Positions 1 to 11,887 of a stretch of DNA of 64,000 nt are shown piece by piece. The notes beneath the pieces are model-generated. The model was given only the letters and a program-made list of their open reading frames with translations, was not told the origin of the DNA and made no database searches. The stretch spans positions 186,001-250,000 of the forward strand of contig OZ176057.1 in NCBI GenBank assembly GCA_964247055.1. The letters run 5' to 3'. The stretch's first letter is position 1; each line of letters starts with the position of its first letter. The position numbers and the translations under genes are program-made. Source of the stretch: Paragordius varius. Taxonomy: Eukaryota > Animalia > Nematomorpha.

Positions 1-205
1 TATTAAATTTATTTGTATTTTGTCATAATTTTAACTGTTACTTGGACAATACTACCTTATAGTCCCTATACATAAGGATCATCTTAAAAAAAATACGACA
101 ATAATAGAACTTTATTTTGTTCGAAAAACTCATTTTTGCTTTAAAAACTAGGCTATTTTAATTTTTAGTTTTAGCATATGATTTACTATAAAAAATTCGT
201 TTCGA

Positions 206-3200
206 ATGTGTTTAAAATTATTTTACTGCATGTCTCAAAAATTTAACACGGGAGGTATGAAGAATGTCTGCACTTTTAACATAATCGATAAAAATTTAGG
301 TATATCTAAAATTATTGTAGGAATTTATGCAATTGAATTAAACAGACCAACTGTAAAAAATGCCTTAAACTTAGAAATGCTCGATTTAGTACTGCTAATT
401 TAATCCATTTCATCTCAAATAAAGCTAATATTAAATATGTAGTTTTATTAGTTTGAAGATATATTATATAATATAGCTGTCGAATCACGTTGAAACCGCT
501 TCAAAGGAAACTAATTGTCATGCAATCATCTTACGTAGCCTTGTTCCCGGTGTTTTTTGCTCAGGTCTTTTTCCCATTAATAAAATTTAATTTTTAAGAA
601 AAAAGAACTTATTTAATATTGGCTCTACTTTTTCTACCTAGTAGACTTCTTTTTAAGCTTTTGCAGATTTTATTTGGATCAGTAAACCACGAACAAGGAA
701 TAATTTTAGATGATGAATTTTGTGAAAATTTGTTTTGATTATTTAATGATAGCTGTGGACGAGTATTAACCTTATTTTTTATTTAAATTTGTTTTATTTG
801 AATATTACAATGACAATTATTTTTTGGATTAGTTGTAGATAGGGAATTGTTTTTTAAGTTCAAGGTGCTGGCTGGCCTTGTTGGAAACACATGTTGAAAA
901 TTTCTTACGAATTATTTTTAAATTTTTCCATTTTTATCTGGGAATTTTATTCTAAATATAAGTGTAACATAATCAGATACTGTGAATGATTTGCAATCTC
1001 CACATCTAATAAGATGTTCATTTACTTTTATTGTTAGAAAGCTGATTCTTAAACGATATTTTTGTCTTAATAGAAACCAGAATGAGGATATTCGTAGCCA
1101 TCATTAAAAATTCAAATTTACTGGTTATATAAATATTATGCTTTTGTTAATAAAATATTGATTTTTTTCAACTTGGTTATTTCTATATTGATTGTTATTT
1201 GTAGCAATATAATATTTTGATTACTTTTTAGGGGCAGATCTTAAAGAAAGAATATCTATGCCAATAGAACGGGTCGGAGATCATGTTCAAAAAATGCGCA
1301 ATCTTTTCCAACGTTTCTATCGACTTCCTCAATTAACCATTGCGGCTTTAGATGGTTCAGCTTTTGGTGGGGGTTTAGAATTGGCCCTATCAGCTGATAT
1401 GAGAATAACCAGTATTTAATATACTTTTTATTTATTGTAAAGAGAGAATGTTAAATAAATCGGTTAAAAAACGACCATTTTTATCCTTTACTTATAGTTT
1501 TTGCAAAAAAGAAAAACTCTATCGCATATTTTAACATAAATCATAAAGGTTATCTTTAATATCTTATTAGAATTTTTAATTTTTACAGTATAGAAACTTA
1601 AACGTTTTAATATATATCACTTTAGCTGACACTTCTAAGCTTGGTTTAGTTGAAACGAAATTAGGCATCATTCCTGGAGCTGGTATAGAACGAAGAATTT
1701 AATAATTAAATTTATATATAAATTTTAATATTATCATTTAGGTTCATTTAGTTCAAATGTTACTAAATTTTTGCGCTTAGTAAAGCCTTTAGCAGAGTGC
1801 TTTTCAACGCGAATAATTTGGAGAATTTAATTAAATAATAAAACTTAAAACAAATCGTAGAATTTCTGGTGCGAATTATCATAATTTGAATATGGAAAAA
1901 ATATTTTAAAAATGGAGAAAGGATCTCATTGATTGAAAGTATAATATAAAATATTTTACATTTCATCTTGGATTTTTTTGAGGGGCGCAACAATTTTAAT
2001 TTCAATTTGTCAAGGCCTGAACAAAAAAAGAGCACTGCTTTAGATTAATATTGTAAGCCGGAACGCATAAATTAAATAATGAAATTATTATTTTTATGTT
2101 TAAAGAGCTTTTACTTTTCCTAAAACTACCCATCTTTAAAAATTATTTTCCCTTTTTATCAATTGAGGTGGAACCCAAAGATTAGCAAGACTGATTGGTA
2201 CTCTTAAAGCAAAAGAACTCATTTTCTCCGCTTCTATTGTTGATGGACAATTAGCCGAACAGCTTGGTTTAGTTAATCAATCCATCAAAATTGACCACAC
2301 ATCTAAGACAGATTTTAATTCAAAAACTTAACTTAAACCCTTTTGGAACCACCAAATATTTTTAAACAAAATTATTATGCTTATTTTAGAGGCGGTTCCG
2401 ATTAACGATTAAGGAATATGTTTATTTTAAAAGTTACTTTCCAAGTTTTTACCTGAATCTCTATTAATCGAATTCCTTTGTTTTGGTATATGCAGTAAAA
2501 GTAGAATTTATACGGGCAAAACTTAAAAATTTAAAGGCAAACATTTTTTTTCAAAAGACAACAATACTTTCTTAATCTCGAATTTTTAATTATAACTCAT
2601 TGTAAAAATTTGGTAATTATGAAACAGAGATGTATATGCAAACATAATCAATTATATATATAACGATTTTGACTAAATAATTATAAAGGAAAATTTTAGA
2701 TTTAAAAAGTATGGTTGTCTTTTGAGGAAAAATATTTATCTTTTTTTACGTTTTGCTTGTTTATCCATAATTGGACTTTCCTGACATTTTTTGGAATATA
2801 TAAAACAAATGACCATATTTTTAGGTCATAAATATTACTTTGAACCGGTGAAAAATAGTAAATATGTCTATATCCGATTATATTACAAATTTTTAATCAT
2901 TTTTTTTATAATTATAGCTCATTTATTATAATAGAGAATTCAAACGAACATAGGAATGTCATTTTCCCAGCTTACGAAAGATCCCTGGAATTAGCAACTC
3001 AAATTTTGCAAAATTGTGTAAATTCAGCTAAATTTATATCCAAATATATTATTTACCTTAATGTAACATTCAAAACAGGTTTTTTGAATGAAATAATTAA
3101 TTAAGCTTGTGTTAATCGATTTTTTTCTATTGATTTAGGACAAATCATATAACCTTTGGTCTTCTAAATTATACTTGTAAAACTTTTTTGTGCTTTATTT

Positions 3201-3442
3201 TTGTAGAGTCCTCTGAGTATTCGTTGTGCTAAAAAAGCCATAGATGAAGGAATGGACACAACAATAGAAAATGGTTTAGAAATTGAAAGAACTTGTTATG
3301 AATCTGTACGTAAAATTCCAATAAATTTTAAACAATTTTTTATAATAAATTTCATAAAATTTAGGTCATTTATTCAAACGACAGATTGGAAGGCTTAAAG
3401 GCATTTACCGAAAAAAGTAAACCAATTTTTAAAGGGAATTAA
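206..3442 (+). CDS. AUH: Methylglutaconyl-CoA hydratase (crotonase fold). Exons about 206-299, 321-388, 477-564, 1232-1411, 1626-1682, 2168-~2290/2306, ~2946/2954-3017, 3207-3305, 3365-3442
   Basis: Spliced translation gives [84 protein letters not shown] and [24 protein letters not shown] sites keep the frame, and exon sizes 68, 88, 57 and 78 nt match my recollection of human AUH. One junction (between 2270 and 2954) is unresolved. Confidence 0.93.
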
Positions 3443-4444
3443 TTAATTGATATTGTTTTATTAATAAATTTATTTATATAAACATGAAGATATTTATCAG
3501 TTAGTTTTGTTAGATAAAAAGCGTGATGATGAATGTCCTTTTTAATTATTAGACACAAAGTATACGTTGTTAGCGAAATTTAAATAATTCCACTTGATGT
3601 GGGAATCTATTGTGTTAAATTTAAAAAATTACTTCTTGACCTTTTTTGATGTGTAAAAAAACTAATGAAACATTTATCGATCACAGACAGCCCTTATATT
3701 GTTGTGTGATTAACTTTTAGGCCTATAATAATTATTTATAAAGACGGGTATAATCAGTAAAAAAAATTTCATTTATTAATATTTTGAAAAATTCATACTT
3801 CTGCCTAATCTAATTTATTATTCTGAATATCATATGTTATATAGTATTATAGCCAATTTAAAGAAATAGAATATTTGATTGTCATGAAATATGAGAGCCC
3901 TAAAGTAGGTAGATATCAAGCAAAAAGTTTTAAAAATATTTCCTAAAAATTAAGCTATTATAAGTTATCATCTTGGATATAGGGTAATAATTTGAAATGA
4001 ATTTATAGCATTTTTTATTCAATATTGAGCGAAATTTAGAGTAATTTACACTGCAAAGACAACGTGTTAAAATTAAAATTTTTAAAAAAATTAACCATAT
4101 CTTCTCTTAATTCCCTGTAAATTTAAGTCATCTCTTTATGGGAAACGGGGATTTATCTCAATTATATAACTTTTGCAATTATATAATTTATGTAGGAAAT
4201 ATCTTGCAATATGGCGTAACTATACATACGAAATAGCTAAAACAACGATATCTAGGTTATGAAAAGTATGGTTGTTTTAATAAAAAATTTGTCTTTTATT
4301 TTAATGTTTTGACTGTCAAATGTTTGGTATAATAGGATTTTTAATCTAGTTAAATAATTGTTTTAAGCATGAGCTTCTTTAACTTGCGCAACAATCATTT
4401 TATTAAATTTAATGTTTTTTTAATTTTAACAATAATTCACCTTC

Positions 4445-7400
4445 ATCCATCCTAATACTGAAAAGGGGTGGTTTCGGTGGTGGATGTAAACTCAATATAC
4501 GATAATCCATTAAGACAGTTGCATCAATCAGGTCCAAGTCTTACAAAAAACCGTCCGGCAAAATCTGTTCAAATTGGTTCTCAGCCAAATCAACCACTAT
4601 TCTTAACTCCATCTATCCTAATACTGAAAAGGGGTGGTTTCGGTGGCGGATGGATGTAAACTAAATATACGAATATCCATTAAGACAGTTGCATCAATCA
4701 GGTCCAAGTCTTACAAAAAACCGTCCGGCAAAATCTGTTCAAATTGGTTCTCAGCCAAATCAACCAAACTTCTTAACTCCATCTATCCTAATACTGAAAA
4801 GGGGTGGTTTCGGTGGCGGATGGATGTAAATTCAATATACGAATATCCATTAAGACAGTTGCATCAATCAGGTCCAAGTCTTACAAAAAACCGTCCGGCA
4901 AAATCTGTTCAAATTGGTTCTCAGCCAAATCAACCAACCTTCTTAACTCCATCTATCCTAATACTGAAAAGGGGTGGTTTCGGTGGCGGATGGATGTAAA
5001 CTCAATATACGAATATCCATTAAGACAGTTGCATCAATCAGGTCCAAGTCTTACAAAAAACCGTCCGGCAAAATCTGTTCAAATTGGTTCTCAGCCAAAT
5101 CAACCACCATTCTTAACTCCATCTATCCTAATACTGAAAAGGGGTGGTTTCGGTGGCGGATGGATGTAAACTCAATATACGAATATCCATTAAGACAGTT
5201 GCATCAATCAGGTCCAAGTCTTACAAAAAACCGTCCGGCAAAATCTGTTCAAATTGGTTCTCAGCCAAATCAACCAACCTTCTTAACTCCATCTATCCTA
5301 ATACTGAAAAGGGGTGGTTTCGGTGGCGGATGGATTTAAACTCAATATACGAATATCCATTAAGACAGTTACATCAATCAGGTCCAAGTCTTACAAAAAA
5401 CCGTCCGGCAAAATCTGTTCAAATTGGTTCTCAGCCAAATCAACCACCATTCTTAACTCCATCTATCCTAAAACTGAAAAGGGGTGGTTTCGGTGGCGGA
5501 TGGATTTAAACTCAATATACGAATATCCATTAAGACAGTTGCATCAATCAGGTCCAAGTCTTACAAAAAACCGTCCGGCAAAATCTGTTCAAATTGGTTC
5601 TCAGCCAAATCAACCACCATTCTTAACTCCATCTATCCTAATACTGAAAAGGGGTGGTTTCGGTGGCGGATGGATGTAAACTCAATATACGAATATCCAT
5701 TAAGACAGTTGCATCAATCAGGTCCAAGTCTTACAAAAAACCGTCCGGCAAAATCTGTTCAAATTGGTTCTCAGCCAAATCAACCAACCTTCTTAACTCC
5801 ATCTATCCTAATACTGAAAAGGGGTGGTTTCGGTGGCGGATGGATGTAAACTCAATATACGAATATCCATTAAGACCGTTGCATCAATCAGGTCCAAATC
5901 TTACAAAAAACCGTCCGGCAAAATCTGTTCAAATTGGTTCTCAGCCAAATCAACCAACCTTCTTAACTCCATCTATCCTAATACTGAAAAGGGGTGGTTT
6001 CGGTGGCGGATGGATGTAAACTCAATATACGAATATCCATTAAGACCGTTGCATCAATCAGGTCCAAATCTTACAAAAAACCGTCCGGCAAAATCTGTTC
6101 AAATTGGTTCTCAGCCAAATCAACCACCATTCTTAACTCCATCTATCCTAATACTGAAAAGGGGTGGTTTCGGTGGCGGATGGATGTAAACTCAATATAC
6201 GAATATCCATTAAGACAGTTGCATCAATCAGGTCCAAGTCTTACAAAAAACCGTCCGGCAAAATCTGTTCAAATTGGTTCTCAGCCAAATCAACCAACCT
6301 TCTTAACTCCATCTATCCTAATACTGAAAAGGGGTGGTTTCGGTGGCGGATGGATGTAAACTCAATATACGAATATCCATTAAGACCGTTGCATCAATCA
6401 GGTCCAAATCTTACAAAAAACCGTCCGGCAAAATCTGTTCAAATTGGTTCTCAGCCAAATCAACCACCATTCTTAACTCCATCTATCCTAATACTGAAAA
6501 GGGGTGGTTTCGGTGGCGGATGGATGTAAACTCAATATACGAATATCCATTAAGACAGTTGCATCAATCAGGTTCTTACAAAAAACCGTCCGGCAAAATC
6601 TGTTCAAATTGGTTCTCAGCCAAATCAACCAACCTTCTTAACTCCATCTATCCTAATACTGAAAAGGGGTGGTTTCGGTGGCGGATGGATGTAAACTCAA
6701 TATACGAATATCCATTAAGACAGTTGCATCAATCAGGTCCAAGTCTTACAAAAAACCGTCCGGCAAAATCTGTTCAAATTGGTTCTCAGCCAAATCAACC
6801 ACCATTCTTAACTCCATCTATCCTAATACTGAAAAGGGGTGGTTTCGGTGGCGGATGGATGTATGCTCAATATACGAATATTCATTAAGACAGGGTCATC
6901 AATCAGGTCCAAGTCTTACAAAAAACCGTCCGGCAAAATCTGTTCAAATTGGTTCTCAGCCAAATCAACCAACCTTCTTAACTCCATCTATCCTAATACT
7001 GAAAAGGGGTGGTTTCGGTGGCGGATGGATGTAAACTCAATATACGAATATCCATTAAGACCGTTGCATCAATCAGGTCCAAGTCTTACAAAAAACCGTC
7101 CGGCAAAATCTGTTCAAATTGGTTCTCAGCCATATCAACCACCATTCTTAACTCCATCTATCCTAATACTGAAAAGGGGTGGTTTCGGTGGCGGATGGAT
7201 GTAAACTCAATATACGAATATCCATTAAGACAGTTGCATCAATCAGGTCCAAGTCTTACAAAAAACCGTCCGGCAAAATCTGTTCAAATTGGTTCTCAGC
7301 CAAATCAACCAACCTTCCTAACTCCATCTATCCTAATACTGAAAAGGGGTGGTTTCGGTGGCGGATGGATGTAAACTCAATATACGAATATCCATTAAGA

Positions 7401-7880
7401 CAGTTGCATCAATCAGGTCCAAGTCTTACAAAAAACCGTCCGGCAAAATCTGTTCAAATTGGTTCTCAGCCATATCAACCACCATTCTTAACTCCATCTA
7501 TCCTAATACTGAAAAGGGGTGGTTTCGGTGGCGGATGGATGTAAACTCAATATACGAATATCCATTAAGACAGTTGCATCAATCAGGTCCAAGTCTTACA
7601 AAAAACCGTCCGGCAAAATCTGTTCAAATTGGTTCTCAGCCAAATCAACCACCATTCTTAACTCCATCTATCCTAATACTGAAAAGGGGTGGTTTCGGTG
7701 GCGGATGGATGTAAACTCAATATACGAATATCCATTAAGACAGTTGCATCAATCAGGTCCAAGTCTTACAAAAAACCGTCCGGCAAAATCTGTTCAAATT
7801 GGTTCTCAGCCAAATCAACCAACCTTCCTAACTCCATCTATCCTAATACTGAAAAGCGGTGGTTTCGGTGGCGGATGGAT
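4445..7880. repeat. Homogeneous 170-bp tandem repeat array, about 20 copies
   Basis: The unit gtaaactcaatatacgaatatccattaagacagttgcatc...aaaaggggtggtttcggtggcggatggat recurs every 170 nt; one unit near 6572 has a 5-nt deletion. It is clearly GC-richer than its flanks. The staggered 121-aa ORFs in the track result from 170 not being a multiple of 3. Confidence 0.97.
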
Positions 7881-8484
7881 CCAAATCATAATAATAAGAT
7901 TATCTATGTAGACCAACATCAAAAACATCTAATGCTTTAAGACATTTTCCTTTTCATATAAATCCAATACTCACTGTAAATACTTATTTACAAAAAAATT
8001 TTGTTATAACTATTATTTAATTAATGTTTTATTATTCAAACCCCCAAAAATGGGGTCACTATATCATCAAAAAAATAAATAATATAATCATATATAATAT
8101 ATTGAGATATGGTATGGTTATTTTTTACAATCTATTTTTCGTATCTTGTCAGTGATGAATTAGAGCAGATAGCGATTCCGATACCCTTTATTTTTTAGAA
8201 CACTAATATTTTTTACAATTGATATCAAAGTTATTGGCAAGATTTATTTTATAAATTAAAACTAAAACAGTTGTTCTTAAAAAATAAAAATTATAGACAA
8301 AACGTAGCAGCTGCGAAGATATTTGTGTTGGATGCCCCTGTAATAGAGCTTTTTGACTTTATATGCTAATATGTGTATATATATATATATAGTATAAATT
8401 GACATTATACGAAAACGTTAAATATAAAAACAAATATTTTTTCCTAAAAAACAGAAAAACATTTTTATCTAAATTAAAAATATA

Positions 8485-8518
<34 letters not shown>

Positions 8519-8755
8519 TGGTAACACGCTCCTTTATATATTTTATAATTGTAAATAAATATATAGAGGAATTTAGATTTAAAAAAGTATGGTAGTCTTT
8601 TAGAAAAACTAATTGTCTTTATAATTTTATGTTTTGTCCATATAATTTCAGTTTTTACTATATATATGTACATATTTAATATGTGTGTAATTGTGAGCAT
8701 GCAAAATAGTTATAAATTCATTATATTATTTAAATTTAAAATATTTGGATGTAAA

Positions 8756-9248
8756 CCAATTGCATTGCAAGAATGTCCTTTAACACTTCAAATTGGTCCT
8801 TAAACCTTTTTGTTTTGTTTTTAACTTTTATCAATCAAATCTTGTATCATTCATCTATTTTATCATTTTTAATTTATTTTTTTTATTAACATGAACTTAA
8901 GATCACTATCGACTTTTGATTATTCACAAACCATATATCTTTAAAAGTATTTTAAATATTTGCAAGTTAGCACTTTAAAAATATATATGTTTTTTGTATT
9001 ATTATTTCCAAATTTTCATTAATTTATAAGTTAATAATTTTATTAAATTGGAAAAAATTAGTTATTTGAATTAAATTTTATTTTTAAATAAATAAATATA
9101 TAAATAAATGAAGGAAATTGGGTTAAAAAATATGATAAAAAAACCATGCAAAAATTATGGTCAAATCAATAAAAATTTTAAGTACCAACTTGAAGTATTC
9201 AAGGACCAACTTGAAGTGTTTAAGGACACTCCTTAAGTTTACATGGTA
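8756..9248. mobile_element. Degenerate copy of the foldback-like MITE with 21-bp subterminal repeats (subfamily A)
   Basis: Left arm ccaattgcattgcaagaatgtcc and right arm ggaccaacttgaag...ggacactccttaagtttacatggta; the AT-rich core matches the copies at 16398 and 61556. Confidence 0.7.
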
Positions 9249-10289
9249 TTTACGCAAAAACATACAACTTATATAAGCACCACAACGGGACATGAATTAT
9301 TATGATATTTAAGTTTAGTTGTTTTAAAAATTAACTCTATTGACTTTTTATATAGTTTTTTTAAACGACATTTCTCTAATTATTTGAAACATATTAGTTT
9401 AGTTACATTTGCATAATTGGGTATTATATATTTTTTAACACGTATAACAATAAATTACTATCATATTAATTCTACTAAGTACTAAATCTTATAATTAACA
9501 TATCACAATTTTTTGCTAGGTATTATTTGGGTAAATTTCATATTTGGTTCAAATTAAGTAAGGTGAGATGAACTCTAATGAGTTTTGATGTCTAAGCTTT
9601 GCATTTTTTCTTCGTGAAACCCAAATCTATATTACATAAAATACAGTAAAATAATGGATAAAGGTAAACTTAAAAAGCCTAATTTTTTGATTTTTACTTA
9701 TTTTACCAACATACATGATTACAATTTTAAAACATATATTGGATGTCTTACAAAATTAACATCTCGTTTTTTTTTGCAACAGAAAATAAAATGTAAGAGA
9801 AAGAATAATATTAAAGTAATATAGTTGTTAGTCTTTATGAAAACTTTAAATTTTTTATGTTTCTTTATAATTTCATTTTTATATATACAAATAAAGTAAA
9901 AATTGGGAATATACAGAAAAAACTCCTCTAAACAATATAAATATGAGCACGGGAAAGGGCTTCTCATGCTCTACAAAATACCACAATGCCTGCAGTTACA
10001 AAATCGATAAAGCGGGAACTGGCGCTATAACCAGAGCCCTCACTAACAACGACACAAAAATGATGGACTTACAACGTATGATATACTATCGATATCTAAA
10101 TGCGGGGAGGAAACTTAGTTGGCCCCGTAAGGCAATTTCCTAGGTTTGAAAGCCAAATAAATTTCCCTATTAAATCTAGGATCGCATTTACTCCTCGGAG
10201 TTAAGAGGTTTATTTTAAGGGCATAATATTGTAAAACTTTGCCTCATTTTTAAAATAATGATAACTACAACTAAAATGATTTTAAAACG

Positions 10290-10480
10290 ACAAACTTTTA
10301 AATATGCGAGGTGGAATGTAGGATCTCTATAAAACAAAACGATAGATGTTTTGAAAAGCTTAAATTATTACAAATTGATGTATGTTGCATACAAGAAACA
10401 AGGTACTCTGGAAGCGGCAACACCGCTGGTGAGTACAAATGTTTTTATCAGGGGGGAAATAAGGCGACAGGAGGTATTTT
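10290..10480 (+). pseudogene. RTE-like non-LTR retrotransposon, AP-endonuclease N-terminal remnant
   Basis: Broken frames read FKYARWNVGSL...LKLLQIDVCCIQETRYSGSG...YKCFYQGG, matching the WNV and D-x-x-C-x-QET motifs of APE domains. No RT follows; the GC-richer 9940-10250 may be its 5' UTR. Confidence 0.7.
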
Positions 10481-10489
10481 CCGTAAAAA

Positions 10490-11530
10490 CGCAAAAAAAT
10501 TTTTAAGCGCTTTTTTTGTATTATTTAGTTTTGAAGCCATTCCAAAAACTGTTAATAACATAAGGAATGCATGATGATTCGAGTTACTACCCTATAAAGA
10601 CAAAATTTTATACGAACGTCTTTTTTATATTGGCCTCTGGGTAGGAGGCTACCCGTCAACAACTGCGCCACCATATCGATACAGCGTGATTTGGAGGCAA
10701 ATTTTAGAAAACTTATCAGGCCATATGAGTTCAATAAGGGCTTGAAATATTATCCTAAAAAGGCAAAAATTTGAGTAGAGCGGTTTTATTAAATTACCCC
10801 TTAATTAGGCCCTTCACCTGAAAAAATGCGCTACCACAGAAAGACTTTTTGGTTTTGGGGCACCACGAGAGCATATCAATCATGATTCCTGGTATTACCC
10901 GAATTAAGGCAAAAAATTTAATCGAGCTTTTTGTTCGCCCCTGGTTAGAGGCTACCCGCGTAATGCGTCACCATCTCGATATAGCATGCCTTTGGGGCCG
11001 AATTTCAGAAAAGCCATAAATCTAATAGGAACAATGGATTCCATGATAATTCCACATAATCCCCATATGAGGGCAGAAATTTTAACCAGCGCTTTCTTAT
11101 ACCTGCTTTGAGTTAGCAGCTAGCCACCAACTGCGCCATTATATAGAAGTTGCGTTGTTTTGGAGCTAATTTACAGAAAATTATGAAGCCATATGAGCTT
11201 AAAAGCTTGAAATATTATCCGTAACTAGGTAAAAAAATCAGGCGTTTTTTTATTAGCCGTTAATTTGGGGCCTTTATGCCCTAAAAATACGCCACATAAT
11301 TTAACGATAATTTAGTGTTGAGGTATTTTTTCTAATAAACCATGAGACGATGGTATCAAAGATGATTACAAATATTTGCCCTATAAAGGCAAAGAATTTA
11401 ACTAGCGCTTTTCCAAATAGGTCTATGGGTAGGAGTCTAGCGGTTTAAAACTGAGACCCATGAGAAAATGGCATAGTTTTGGAGCTAATTTTAAAAAAAT
11501 TAAGAAGCCATACGAGTTCAGTTAAACACA
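10490..11530. repeat. Degenerate tandem repeat, monomer about 150-170 bp, roughly 6-7 units
   Basis: Variants of aaggcaaaaattt recur near 10597, 10760, 10907, 11075, 11228 and 11388; gaggctacccg...tgcgccaccatatcgat variants lie near 10645, 10948, 11117 and 11432. Confidence 0.6.
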
Positions 11531-11854
11531 TTTCTAAGGAATTTGTATTATATCATTCTTTCCTTTCAAAAGGGACCACAAATGGTTTATTTTTTAATCC
11601 CTTGATTCTAGCTTGCGAAAACAATTTAAAAAAAATTTTAACCATGATTTTGTAAAACGATAATCTCTTAAATCCAATGATAGTTAAACCTTAATAAGGG
11701 ACAGTATAAATATAGCAATGTAGGGTAAACAATATTTGAGCCTATGCAAAAACTCGTAAAAGATTAATTAAAGACATTCTCCCTTTTTAATATGTTTTTT
11801 ATTATTTTTTATCACCATTACCTCTATTTATTGCAAATTATTAGGAATAATATC

Positions 11855-11887
11855 GGTGAGACAGCGAAGCGTGACAGGGCCAGCTAG
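11855..11887 (+). mobile_element. Possible Helitron 3' end
   Basis: GC-rich hairpin (cagcgaagcgtg, GCGAAGC core) about 10 nt before CTAG, followed by T. The 5' TC end was not located. Confidence 0.4.

Noticed and set aside
1763-2035. 90-aa minus-strand ORF in an AUH intron
   Set aside because: Low-complexity F/K/I/L composition typical of random AT-rich frames; no motif.
206-3442. Alternative genetic code (TAA read as sense) to explain in-frame stops
   Set aside because: AUH, UQCR10, PUS1, VMA21 and the aquaporin all end at TAA at the expected positions.
4810-4820. GTGGCGG shared between the satellite unit and the hairpin loops
   Set aside because: A 7-nt match with no further similarity; probably chance.
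4445-7880. Array as CRISPR, spliced-leader RNA, 5S or snRNA genes
   Set aside because: No unique spacers or cas genes. Only AACCGTC resembles a flatworm leader, there is no convincing leader-donor-Sm arrangement, and no 5S or U-snRNA consensus.
4468-7940. Twenty-odd overlapping ~121-aa ORFs in the track
   Set aside because: They arise from a 170-bp unit cycling through frames, use GTG starts, all end at the same repeat TAA and have no recognisable domain.
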